Origin: an uncultured Bacillota bacterium
GTDB taxonomy: Bacteria; Sysuimicrobiota; Sysuimicrobiia; Sysuimicrobiales; Segetimicrobiaceae
Reading direction: 5' to 3'
Assembly (NCBI GenBank): GCA_963804645.1
Contig: CAWDRG010000017.1
Coordinates: forward strand, 160,001-224,000
Length of the DNA: 64,000 nt
Of this stretch, positions 1 through 9,175 are shown piece after piece. The first letter of the stretch is position 1; every line of letters starts with the position of its first letter. A program made the translations under genes and the position numbers. The notes beneath the pieces were generated by a model, which saw only the letters and a list, made by a program, of their open reading frames with translations, had not been told where the DNA came from and made no database searches.

Positions 1-644
1 CCCAGCACGCGCGGGCTGTCCATGAACGTCTCGATCACCGCGCGAGCGATCCCGTACAGCATGAGGTACTCCCAGAACAGGCGCCCCGGCGCGCGGCGCG
101 CCCCGGCGCTCCACATCAGCACCGCGAAGATCAGCAGCGACGCCACCATCAGGTACAGCTGCGTCGGATGCCGCGGCTGGCCGAACAAATTGATCGCCCA
201 CGGCAGCGACGTCGGCCGGCCGTAGTTGAGCCCGTACAAGAGCGTCCCGATCATGGCGATCGCGTAGCCGAGCGCCACGCTCGGCGCGGACGCGTCGGCG
301 ATCACGCCGAGGCTCCACCCGCGGACGCGTCCGTACAGCCACGCGACGAGCGCGCCCCCCGCCAGCGCGCCGTAGAACGTGAGCCCCGCGTCCTTCCAGA
401 TCGTGAGCATGCGCACGGGCTGGCCGGCGAAGTCGCCGAGATTGATCAGGACGTACCCGATCCGCGCGCCGATGACCCCGCCGATGATCGTGTAGAGACT
501 CAGATCGAGGACTTCGCCCGCGTCCCACCCGAGCCCCCGCGTGCGGACCCGGAGCAGCACGATCCCGACCACGAACGCCAGCAGCAAAAACACGCCGAAC
601 GAGGACACCGGAAACGGCCCAAGCTGGAACAGCACTGGCTTCAT
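1..644 (-). CDS. lgt: Prolipoprotein diacylglyceryl transferase family protein, runs off the window edge, motif-divergent
   Basis: Hand translation from ATG 644: MKPVLFQLGPFPVSSFG...GARIGYV...GLTFYGAL...YGRPTSLPWAI...HPTQLY...YGIARAVIETF. ATGA overlap with the lspA stop. Confidence 0.85.
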   Translation of the reverse strand, partial: MKPVLFQLGPFPVSSFGVFLLLAFVVGIVLLRVRTRGLGWDAGEVLDLSLYTIIGGVIGARIGYVLINLGDFAGQPVRMLTIWKDAGLTFYGALAGGALVAWLYGRVRGWSLGVIADASAPSVALGYAIAMIGTLLYGLNYGRPTSLPWAINLFGQPRHPTQLYLMVASLLIFAVLMWSAGARRAPGRLFWEYLMLYGIARAVIETFMDSPRVL

Positions 645-1153
645 CCGTCACCCTCCCGATCCATCGAGCCTCCGCCCGACGGTGTCCCACCCGTTCGTGG
701 CTGCGGCGCGCCGCCCGTTCGCAGCGCGAGCACCAGCAGCGCGGCGCCCACGACGATCGCGGTGTCGGCGAGATTGAACACGGGCAACACGTGGATGTCC
801 AAGTAATCGAACACGTAGCCGGTGTGCAGCCGCTCGACGATGTTGCTGAGCGCGCCCCCGAGGATCAGCCCGAATCCCCACTGCCCGGCCCGGCCGGCCA
901 GCCAAGCGTCCCTATTGTAGAGAACGACGGCAAGCACGGTCAAGGCAATCGCGACCGTCCCGGCCGTCGGCAGGCGCGCCAGGAGCCCGAACGCGATGCC
1001 TCGATTTTCGACCGTGGTGAGCGACAGCACCCCGGGGATCACGACCTGCTCCGCGCCGGGAGCCAGCGAGGCCGCTGCGGCGCGGCCCCCGACCTGGGCC
1101 GCGGCAAACGCCGCGACCAGCGCGCCGGCCCAGGCGTACCGGACGCCCGTCAG
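641..1153 (-). CDS. lspA: Lipoprotein signal peptidase II
   Basis: C-terminal part of ORF 641..1687: VIPGVLSLTTVENRGIAFG, GYVFDYLD, PVFNLAD. Start uncertain; a CTG at 1153 overlaps the dksA stop. Confidence 0.9.
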   Translation of the reverse strand: MTGVRYAWAGALVAAFAAAQVGGRAAAASLAPGAEQVVIPGVLSLTTVENRGIAFGLLARLPTAGTVAIALTVLAVVLYNRDAWLAGRAGQWGFGLILGGALSNIVERLHTGYVFDYLDIHVLPVFNLADTAIVVGAALLVLALRTGGAPQPRTGGTPSGGGSMDREGDG

Positions 1154-1683
1154 CGTGCGAGGCTGCGCAGGCGCTCCTCGCGCTCCTTGCACTTGATGCA
1201 CAGCCGCGCGTAGGGAATCGCCTTCAGACGGTTGGTGTCGATCGGCCGCCCGCAGCCGCCGCAGACGCCGTACGTGCCGCCCCGGATCCTGCCCAGGGCT
1301 TCCTCGACCTGTTCGAGCAGTCCGAGCACGCTGCTCTCGAGCGCAAACCCCTTCTCGCGCTCGAACGTCTCCGTCGCCACGTCCACGAGATCGTCGTCGT
1401 ACCCGGAGGCGTCGGCGGCGGGCTTCTCCTCGGTCTTGACCTGATGCTGCTCCATCTCGGCGAGCTCCTGGCGGAGGCGGCGGCGCTCCTCCTGCAGCCG
1501 GCGGCTGAAATCCGCGGCCTTCGCGGCCGGCATGCCCTTCGCCGGTCGAGGCGCGGCGTCGTGGTTCGCGGCGGCTTTCGGAGCGGCCGCGCGCGGGGCC
1601 GCCTTCTTCGCGGCCCGCGTCTTCGGACGCGCCGGTCGTGCGCGGCGGGCGGGGGTCGGCTTCGAGGCACGCTTCTGCGGCAT
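1150..1683 (-). CDS. dksA: DksA/TraR family C4 zinc-finger protein with a basic Ala/Lys/Arg-rich N-terminus
   Basis: DLVDVA (DxxDxA) coiled-coil tip; GTYGVCGGCGRPI...PYARLCIKC. Confidence 0.85.
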   Translation of the reverse strand: MPQKRASKPTPARRARPARPKTRAAKKAAPRAAAPKAAANHDAAPRPAKGMPAAKAADFSRRLQEERRRLRQELAEMEQHQVKTEEKPAADASGYDDDLVDVATETFEREKGFALESSVLGLLEQVEEALGRIRGGTYGVCGGCGRPIDTNRLKAIPYARLCIKCKEREERLRSLAR

Positions 1684-2484
1684 TCAATTCCTCCTCACGG
1701 GATCGGTGGCCTGGTCGATGTCGTTGGGACTACGTCCGGACGCCGCGGGAAATTCCCGCGCGAACGCGTCTCGCAGCGCCGCGCGCGCGAGGATCTCGGT
1801 GCCGTCCAGGACGGGCACCGCGGCGTCTTCCGCGCCCATCACGAGCGGCAGCTCGGTGCAGCCCAGCACGACGGCACCGGCCCCCCGCCGGACGAGCCCG
1901 CCGGCGATCCGATGCACGGCCGCCCGCACCCCGGGCCCGAGATCACCGGCCTTCACCGCGTGAATCGCGTCCATCACCGCCGCCTCATCGTCGGGGTCCG
2001 GCTCGAGCGTGACGATCCCGCGGGCGGCCAGCGCCTCGTGGTACCGGCGCATCCGGAGCGTGCCCTCCGTCGCGAGCAGCCCCACCGCGTCCGGCCGCGG
2101 CGTGAGCGCCGCCGCCGCGCGCGCGACCTCGTCCGTGATGTCCAGCACCGGCACGGACACGGCTGCGCGGATCGCCCCGAGGAACGCGTGCGCCGAGTTG
2201 CACGGGATCGCGATCAACTCCGCCCCGGCGCGCTCGAGGTTCTGCGCGGTCTCGACCAGGGCGGGCGTCGGATCCGGGCCCCGCCCGAGCACCGCCTCGG
2301 TGCGGTCCGGGATCGCGGCGTTGCCGTCGATGATCACACGGGGGTGGTCCTGATCCACCTGCGCGGGGGTGAGCCGCACCAGCTTCGCGTAGAAATCGAC
2401 GGTCGCGGCGGGGCCCATGCCGCCGAGGACACCGATCACCCGCGGCCGCCGTCCGGAGGCGCGGCCGTCGCGCCCCCCGCTCAT
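1684..2484 (-). CDS. Aspartate/glutamate racemase family protein (RacX/YgeA-like)
   Basis: IGVLGGMGPAATVDFY, IPCNSAH and LGCTELP (two-cysteine racemase motifs); ATG at 2484. Confidence 0.9.
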   Translation of the reverse strand: MSGGRDGRASGRRPRVIGVLGGMGPAATVDFYAKLVRLTPAQVDQDHPRVIIDGNAAIPDRTEAVLGRGPDPTPALVETAQNLERAGAELIAIPCNSAHAFLGAIRAAVSVPVLDITDEVARAAAALTPRPDAVGLLATEGTLRMRRYHEALAARGIVTLEPDPDDEAAVMDAIHAVKAGDLGPGVRAAVHRIAGGLVRRGAGAVVLGCTELPLVMGAEDAAVPVLDGTEILARAALRDAFAREFPAASGRSPNDIDQATDPVRRN

Positions 2485-2533
2485 CGCGCCACCACGGCCG
2501 TGTTGATTCGGGCCGAGTCCCGGGTCCCCTGCT

Positions 2534-5500
2534 TCACCGCAGCCCCTCCCCCGCGCGCGCGATCGCGAGCGTGACGTCCCGCCCATCGAGCCGCAGCGTC
2601 TTGCGGTGGACGCCGGCGCCGTCCGGGATCGCCCCAGCCCGGGCCTCGCGGGCCAGCACCTCGCGCAGCACGTAGTCGCCGTGCGCCCGGAAGAGCGCGG
2701 CGAGCCGCTCGTCGCCCTCGTGGTACAGGACGATCCGGTCGGCGATCTCCAGCCCGGCGTCCTTGCGCATCTGCTGGATCTGGTGCACCAATTCGCGGGC
2801 GACCCCCTCCTGCACCAGCGCGTCGGTCAGGGTGGTCTCCAGCACAACCCAGTTGCCGCCCTCGCCCGCGCCCACCAGGTCGGGGTGCCAGTGCATCCGC
2901 ACGTCCACCTCGGCTCGCTCGAGCACGATCTCCCGGCCGTCGCTCAGGCGCAGGCGATACGGCTCCCCGTCAGGCGTCCGGGCCAGCAGGGCCTCGCCCT
3001 CCAGGCGCAGGGCCTCGACGATCTTCGTGATCTCTCCGCCGAACTTCGGCCCGAGCAGGTCGAACCGCGGCCGCACGTCAAGCCGGCCGAGCGCGCCGAC
3101 CGAGGTCTCGAAGCGCACCTCCTTGACGTTCAGCTCGTCCTTGATGTGCTCCACAAGCTCCGGCAGGCGCGCGACGGCGCCCGACCGCTCCACGGCCACG
3201 GCCGCGCGCAGCGGCTGCCGCACGCGCAGTTTCGCCGCGTTGCGGGCCGCCCGCCCGAGGGAGATCAGGGTGCGGGCCCGCTCGACCGCGTCCTCGAGCG
3301 AGACGTCCCGGGGCCAGGCCTCCGCCTCGGGCATCGCGCACAGGTGCACGCTCGGGATCGACGACGCATCCTGCGCGCGGACCAGGTTCTGGTACAGCGC
3401 CTCCGAAAGGAACGGCACAAACGGCGCGAGCACCTTCGCGAGCCCGACGAGGACCTCGTACAGCGTCGCGTAGGCCGCCTGCTTGTCCGCGTCGGCCTCG
3501 GACTTCCAGTACCGCCGCCGGCCGCGGCGCACGTACCACGTCGAGAGGTCCTCCACGAACCGCTCCGCCGGCCTGGCGGCGCCGGGCACGTCGTACGCGT
3601 CGAGGCGCTCGCGCACGGTGGCGACCAAGCCCGAGAGCCGGGACAGAATCCACCGGTCCAGCAGCGGCCGCTCGGCGACCGCCGGCGAGGGGCCGGGCGC
3701 CCACCCGTCGAGCGCGGCGTAGGTGACGAAGAACGCGTAGACGTTCCACAGCGGCAGCACGAAGCGGCGGCGGACGTCGTCGCCGGGCCCGTAGCCGAAG
3801 TTCACGTTCTGCGCGGGATTCTGCAGGGCGTAGAGCCAGCGGATCACGTCGGCGCCCATCTTCTCCGCGGCGTCGTTGAACTCGATCATGTTGCCCCACG
3901 ACTTGTGCATCTCGCGGCCGGTCTCGTCGCGGACCATCGCGTGCCCGAGGCAGGTCCGGTACGGCTCACGGTCCTCCAGCACGGTGCTCATCACCAGCAT
4001 GGAGTAGAACCAGTTGCGGTACTGCCCGGGAAACGCCTCGGTGATGAAATCCGCCGGGAACCACTCCGCCCACGCGGCGCGGTCGGTGCGGTAGCCCAGC
4101 GTCGAGTACGGGACGATCCCCGCGTCCAGCCAGGGGTTGCCGACGTCCGCGATCCGCGACGCGAGCCCGCCGCAGTGGGGGCAGCGGATCTTGACCGCGT
4201 CGACCCACGGGCGGTGCGGCGTGTGCCCCGCGAACGCGTCCCAGCCTTCGACGGCCCGCGCCTCCAGCTCGTGCTCGCTCCCGATCACCTCGAACGTCTT
4301 GCACGCCCGGCACTCCCAGATCGGCAGCGCGAGCCCCCAGTACCGCTTCTTGCTGATCATCCAGTCGTGCATGTTGCGCAGCCAGTCGAGCTCGCGGTCG
4401 AGCCCGAACTCCGGCAGCCAGCGGATCTTGCGGGTCACCGCCATCATCGGCTCGCGCAGCGGATCCATCGCGATGAACCACTCGTCCACCAGGCGGAAGA
4501 CAAGCTGGCTGCCGCACCGCCAGCACAGCGGATACCGGTGCGTGTACTCGTCGGCACGGTACAGGAATCCGCGGACCTCGAGATCGTCCCGGATCGGCAC
4601 CGCGACGTCGTCGACGTGCCGCCCCGCGAGCCAGCCGAACGACTCGGTGAACACCCCAAACTCGTCGATCGGCGCGAGCACCGCCAGCGCGTGGAGTTTG
4701 CCGAGGGCGAAGTCTTCGGCGCCGCAGCCGGGCGCGATGTGGACGAGCCCGGTGCCCTCGGCCGCGCTCACGTCCGTCCAGGGAATCACCCGGTGCGCGA
4801 CGCCCTGCTGCGCCGGCAGCTCATCGAACGGCCCCTCGTACGCCCACCCGACGAGCTCCGACCCCGGCAGCTCGCGGATGACCCGCGCCTTCCCCGTGAT
4901 CACCTCGGCGACGCGGTCGCGCCCCACGTAGTACGTCCGCCCGTCCTGCTGCACCTGGGCGTACTGGGCTCGGGGTGCACCGCGACGGCGACGTTGCTCG
5001 TGAGGGTCCACGGCGTCGTCGTCCAGACGAGCAGGTACTCGCCGGGCCGGCCCACGAGCGGGAGGCGCACCGTGAGGGCGAGGTGCGTCACCTCCTGGTA
5101 CCCCTCGGTCACGATCTCATGCTCGGACAGGCCGGTGCTGCACCGCGGACACCAGGGCATCACGTCGTGCCCCTTGTAGAGGAGCCCCCGCTCCGCGCAC
5201 CGCTTGAGGAACATCCAGATCGAGTAGTTGTTCTCGGCCGACATCGTGTAGTACGAGTGGTCCCAGTCCATCCAGTAGCCGAGCCGGAGCGACTGCTGCG
5301 TCTGGATGCCCGCGAATCGGAGGACGCGCGCCTTGCAGCGCTCGACGAACTCGGCGATGCCGTACTGCTCGATGTCGCGCTTCGACTTGAAGCCGAGCTC
5401 CTTCTCCACCTCGACCTCGACCCACAGCCCCTGGCAGTCGAAGCCGTTCTGGTACCGCTGGCGGTGGCCGAGCATCGTGTGGTAGCGGCAGAACAGATCC

Positions 5501-5700
5501 TTGTACGTCCGGCCCCACGCGTGGTGCACGCCCATCGGGTTGTTGGCGGTGATCGGCCCGTCGAGGAACGACCACCGCTCATCGGCGGATGCGTTGCGCG
5601 CGAGGTAGGCGGCGAGAATGCCCTCGCGCTCCCACCAGGCGAGCAGCGAGCGCTCCTGGGCGGTAAAGTCCACGCGCGCATCGACAGGCGAAAACGGCAT
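2534..5700 (-). CDS. ileS: Isoleucine--tRNA ligase (type 2), split by a single-base frameshift near 4967
   Basis: ORF 4900..5784 carries [32 protein letters not shown] 2534..5011 carries [38 protein letters not shown] before ATG 5700; Ile T-box upstream. Confidence 0.93.
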
Positions 5701-5714
5701 GCGGTGCCTCCTCA

Positions 5715-5978
5715 ACAACACAGCCCCCGACCGGAAGGGACGGGGGCCGTGGTACCACCCTTGGTCCGGACCGAAGCCCGGCACTCACGCGCTCGGGATC
5801 GCGCTCGCCTCCCGAACCGCTCGCCCCGCTACCGGAGGGCCACCGGCGGCCATTCGGGACGCGCTCGGCGTCCGGTGAGACCGCAGCTCAAGAGGTGATG
5901 CGCCGCCGCCGGCATCGTACCGGCTCCCACCGCTCCCGGCTCGCTTCCCTCGCCCCGCGGCAGCGGTCCTCTGTCATG
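5715..5978 (-). ncRNA. T-box riboswitch, Ile (AUC) specifier
   Basis: Minus strand: AGCGAG/GGTGGGA stem I motifs; specifier ATC at 5897-5899; antiterminator AAGGGTGGTACCACGG...CCGTCCCTT; GCCCCCG/CGGGGGC hairpin followed by TGTGTTGTT. Confidence 0.9.
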
Positions 5979-5993
5979 GCTCTGTTCTGCGCG

Positions 5994-6023
5994 ATTCTAG
6001 CACACGCGGAATGCGAGCGTCAA
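5994..6023 (-). promoter_or_regulatory. Sigma70-type promoter of the T-box/ileS operon
   Basis: TTGACG-18 nt-TAGAAT with extended -10 TG, immediately upstream of the T-box. Confidence 0.7.
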
Positions 6024-6047
6024 ACGCGCGTCGGCCGACTCGGCCGA

Positions 6048-7514
6048 CTAGGGCGGAGGCGTCGCCGCCGTCTCGGTGGGCTCGGGACCGGCCGCTGAGA
6101 ACCCGACCGGCGCCAGCACCGCGAAGGGATCCTCGGGCCCCGCCCGACCGATGCGCAGTCCCGCGAGGTCGGGCAGGCCCACCCCGCTGTGCTCGGTCTT
6201 CATCCACTCGAACCGCCCGGTGAACACGCTGCGCCCGTACCGGAACAGCGCGAGCGGAAGCGCGACGATCTGATGCATCGCGAACAGCATGTACCGGGCC
6301 GAGCACCACAAGAGGACCAGCGGGCTGTACCGCCGGCCGATCGCCATCGCGACGACGGTCGCGGCCAGCACGATGATCCAGTAGTACCCGTACAGCGGCT
6401 GGTGGGCCGTGACCGGCAGCGCGCTCGCCATCGACACGTCGCGCGCGGCGGCCGCGTCAACCCACTTTTCCACGAGATAGCCGTAGCTCGTGATCATCAG
6501 GAGGGACAGCACGAGCGATCCCAGCAGGAACACCAAGAAGTCTAGCCGCTTCCGCCACGGCACCGGCGCGCGCAGCAGGGCCGCGAAGTGGTCGAACAGG
6601 CACCGCAGCGACCCCTCCGACCAGCGGGTGCGCTGCTGGATCAGCCCGCGCAGGGTGGGCACCGCCTCCTCCCAGACGACCACATCCTCGCAGTAATGCA
6701 CGGTCCAGCCGCGCAGCGCGTACCGGATCGACAGATCGATGTCCTCGGTCAGCGCCTCCTCGTTCCATCCCCCCACCGCTTCCAGGGTGTCGCGGCGCGT
6801 GACGAGCCCGTTGCCGGTCAGGATCACCGCGCCCCCGAGCCGATGCCGGCTGCGCTGGGTCAGCGTCTGAAACACGAAGTAGTCGTCTTCCTGGGCGCGC
6901 ATGAGGGCGTTGCGGCCGCCGTCGTAGACGAGCTTGCGCGCCTGCACGCCGGCCACGCCCGGGCGTGCGAGGTAGGGCACCAGCCGGCCCAGAAAATCCG
7001 GCGCCACGCGCGCATCGGCGTCGAACACCGAGATCACCTCGCCGCGGGCGGCGACCAGCCCCACGTTGAGTGCCACGGCCTTGCCGACCCCGTCCTCGGG
7101 GGTGGGGCGCACCACCGTAAACGACAGGGTGCGCTGCAGCGCCTCGAGCACCGCGGCCGTGCGGTCGGTCGACCGGTGATCCACCACGATCACCTCAAAG
7201 AGCGCGCGGCCGTCGGGGCCCCGATAGTCGAGCCCGCACAAACACCGCACCGTCTCGGCGATGACCCCTTCCTCGTTGCGGGCCGGCACGATCACGCTGA
7301 CGAACGGCCGGTATCCGTCGGGCGCGGGCGGCTCCGGACGCCGCGGCAGCACGCCGACGACCGCGAGGATCGTGCCGTAGAGGCCCGAGAGGAAGAACAC
7401 GAGGGACACCCACGTCACGTCCCGATGGGCGAGCCCCAGCACGGAGCACCCCAGCCAGAGGGCCCCGATCAGCACGACGAACATCTGGCGGCGCACCATC
7501 CGGCGGTGCCTCAT
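6048..7514 (-). CDS. Membrane glycosyltransferase family 2 (CesA/PgaC-like)
   Basis: VSVIVPARNEE, GKAVALN, VFDAD, LTEDIDL, QRTRW, flanking TM helices. Confidence 0.9.
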   Translation of the reverse strand: MRHRRMVRRQMFVVLIGALWLGCSVLGLAHRDVTWVSLVFFLSGLYGTILAVVGVLPRRPEPPAPDGYRPFVSVIVPARNEEGVIAETVRCLCGLDYRGPDGRALFEVIVVDHRSTDRTAAVLEALQRTLSFTVVRPTPEDGVGKAVALNVGLVAARGEVISVFDADARVAPDFLGRLVPYLARPGVAGVQARKLVYDGGRNALMRAQEDDYFVFQTLTQRSRHRLGGAVILTGNGLVTRRDTLEAVGGWNEEALTEDIDLSIRYALRGWTVHYCEDVVVWEEAVPTLRGLIQQRTRWSEGSLRCLFDHFAALLRAPVPWRKRLDFLVFLLGSLVLSLLMITSYGYLVEKWVDAAAARDVSMASALPVTAHQPLYGYYWIIVLAATVVAMAIGRRYSPLVLLWCSARYMLFAMHQIVALPLALFRYGRSVFTGRFEWMKTEHSGVGLPDLAGLRIGRAGPEDPFAVLAPVGFSAAGPEPTETAATPPP

Positions 7515-8572
7515 GCTCCGCCTCCCACGGCGGCGGACACGGCGCCCAGCGCGCGGCGCAGGCCCTCGTCGAACGGCGGTCGGATCACTCCCTGCTCGGT
7601 CACGATCGCGGTGACGAGATGATGCGGGGTGACGTCAAACGCCGGGTTGCGCACCGCGATCCCCTCGGGAGCGATGCGCACCCCCGCCACCGACGTCACC
7701 TCGGCCGGCGCGCGCTCCTCGATCGGGATCGCGTCCCCGTCCGGCGTGTCGAGATCCACGGTCGAGGTCGGCGCGGCCACGTAGAACGGGACCCCGTGCG
7801 CCTGCGCCAGCACCGCCAGCGTATACGTGCCGACTTTGTTGGCGACGTCGCCGTTGCGGGCGATCCGATCCGCCCCCACCAAGACCGCGTCGATCTCGCC
7901 GCGCCGCATCAGCGCACCGGCGGCGTTGTCGGTGATCAAGGTGCAGGGAATGCCGCACCGCAGGAGCTCCCACGCCGTCAACCGCGCGCCCTGCAGCACG
8001 GGGCGCGTCTCGCACGCGAACACGTGAATGCCGATCCCCCCCTCATGGGCGCACCGCAGCACCCCAAATGCCGTTCCGTATCCCCCGGTCGCGAGCATCC
8101 CCGTGTTGCAGTACGTCAGGACGCGCGCCCCGCGCGCCAAGAGCCCGGCGCCGTGCCGGCCGATCCGGCGGTTCGTGTCGGCATCCGCCCGCGCGAGTGC
8201 GTCGGCCGCGCGGAGCAGCTCCGCGGCGAGGTCCGTCGACCCCGGGGCGTCGACGAGCGCGCGCAGCCGATCCAGCGCCCACCCGAGATTCACGGCCGTG
8301 GGGCGCGTGCTCCGCAGTCCCGACGCCGCGGCGTGCACGGCGCGCCGCCGGTCGGCGGCAGGGAGGGCCGAGGCGGAGCGGGCGGCGAGGACCATCCCGT
8401 ACGCGGCCGCGAGGCCGATCGCCGGCGCCCCGCGCACCACCAGCGTCCGGATCGCGTCCGCGACATCCTCCCAGCGCTCGCACCGGCGCAGGCGACTCTC
8501 GTGTGGAAGCGCCGTCTGATCGAGGAGCACCAGCGCCCCGTCGTCCCACCACAGGGACAGGTCAGCGCTCAT
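7511..8572 (-). CDS. mtnA: S-methyl-5-thioribose-1-phosphate isomerase
   Basis: LLDQTALP, VRGAPAIG, RPTAVNL, ETRPVLQGARLTAWEL, GDVANKVGT, NPAFDVTP. Confidence 0.95.
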   Translation of the reverse strand: MSADLSLWWDDGALVLLDQTALPHESRLRRCERWEDVADAIRTLVVRGAPAIGLAAAYGMVLAARSASALPAADRRRAVHAAASGLRSTRPTAVNLGWALDRLRALVDAPGSTDLAAELLRAADALARADADTNRRIGRHGAGLLARGARVLTYCNTGMLATGGYGTAFGVLRCAHEGGIGIHVFACETRPVLQGARLTAWELLRCGIPCTLITDNAAGALMRRGEIDAVLVGADRIARNGDVANKVGTYTLAVLAQAHGVPFYVAAPTSTVDLDTPDGDAIPIEERAPAEVTSVAGVRIAPEGIAVRNPAFDVTPHHLVTAIVTEQGVIRPPFDEGLRRALGAVSAAVGGGA

Positions 8573-8685
8573 CGGGGGGCGCGTCCGCGTTGGTTGTGAT
8601 CATCCGTGCCGGTGCCTCCACAAGCGGCCGCAGCGCGTGGGGCCTGGCGGCCTCCGTTCACCGGCCGGACCGCGGCCGGGGCAGA

Positions 8686-9090
8686 CTACTCCACGGTGAA
8701 GAGCGGACCCGCCACCGTCTCCTCGCGCAGCATCTCGGCGGTGATCGTCACGTGATGGGGCGTAAACAGAAAGATCTCCTCGCCCACGCGGTGCATGTGC
8801 CCGTCGAGCGCATATGCCACGCCGCTCAAGAAGTCTACCACACGTCGGCCCAGTTCCTTCTGCGTGTCGCGCAGGTTGATCACGATCGGGCGCTGTGTCT
8901 TGAGATAATCCGCGGCGGTCTGCGCCTCGTCGTACGCGCGCGGCTCAAGCACGATGATCTCCAACTGCCGCGGCGTGTGCAGGCTGAAGATCGGCGTCCG
9001 CTGCCCAGGCGCGTCGCTGCGCGCGACGGCCCCCTCCTCGTCGTCCGCGAAGCCCAAGAAGCTCCACATCCGCTGCATCATCCGGCCCAT
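8686..9090 (-). CDS. sepF: Cell division protein SepF
   Basis: FLGF amphipathic N-terminus; PIVINL...RVVDFLSGVAYALDG...IFLFTP; GGAGG before ATG 9090. Confidence 0.93.
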   Translation of the reverse strand: MGRMMQRMWSFLGFADDEEGAVARSDAPGQRTPIFSLHTPRQLEIIVLEPRAYDEAQTAADYLKTQRPIVINLRDTQKELGRRVVDFLSGVAYALDGHMHRVGEEIFLFTPHHVTITAEMLREETVAGPLFTVE

Positions 9091-9175
9091 CGTACTGCCT
9101 CCCATCCACTGCTGCGTCTGCTGCTGCGATCGCTGCTGCGTCCGTGTTCCGTCTACGGCTGCGTGTCTCCGTGCG

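Noticed and set aside
4955..4980. Programmed ribosomal frameshift in ileS
   Set aside because: No slippery heptamer or evident stimulator; a similar homopolymer indel elsewhere points to sequencing error.
2606..5179. Long plus-strand ORFs (857 aa here, and similar ones opposite the dcw, phn and sugar genes)
   Set aside because: Antisense shadows of high-GC genes; Arg/Pro/Gly-rich with no domain motifs.
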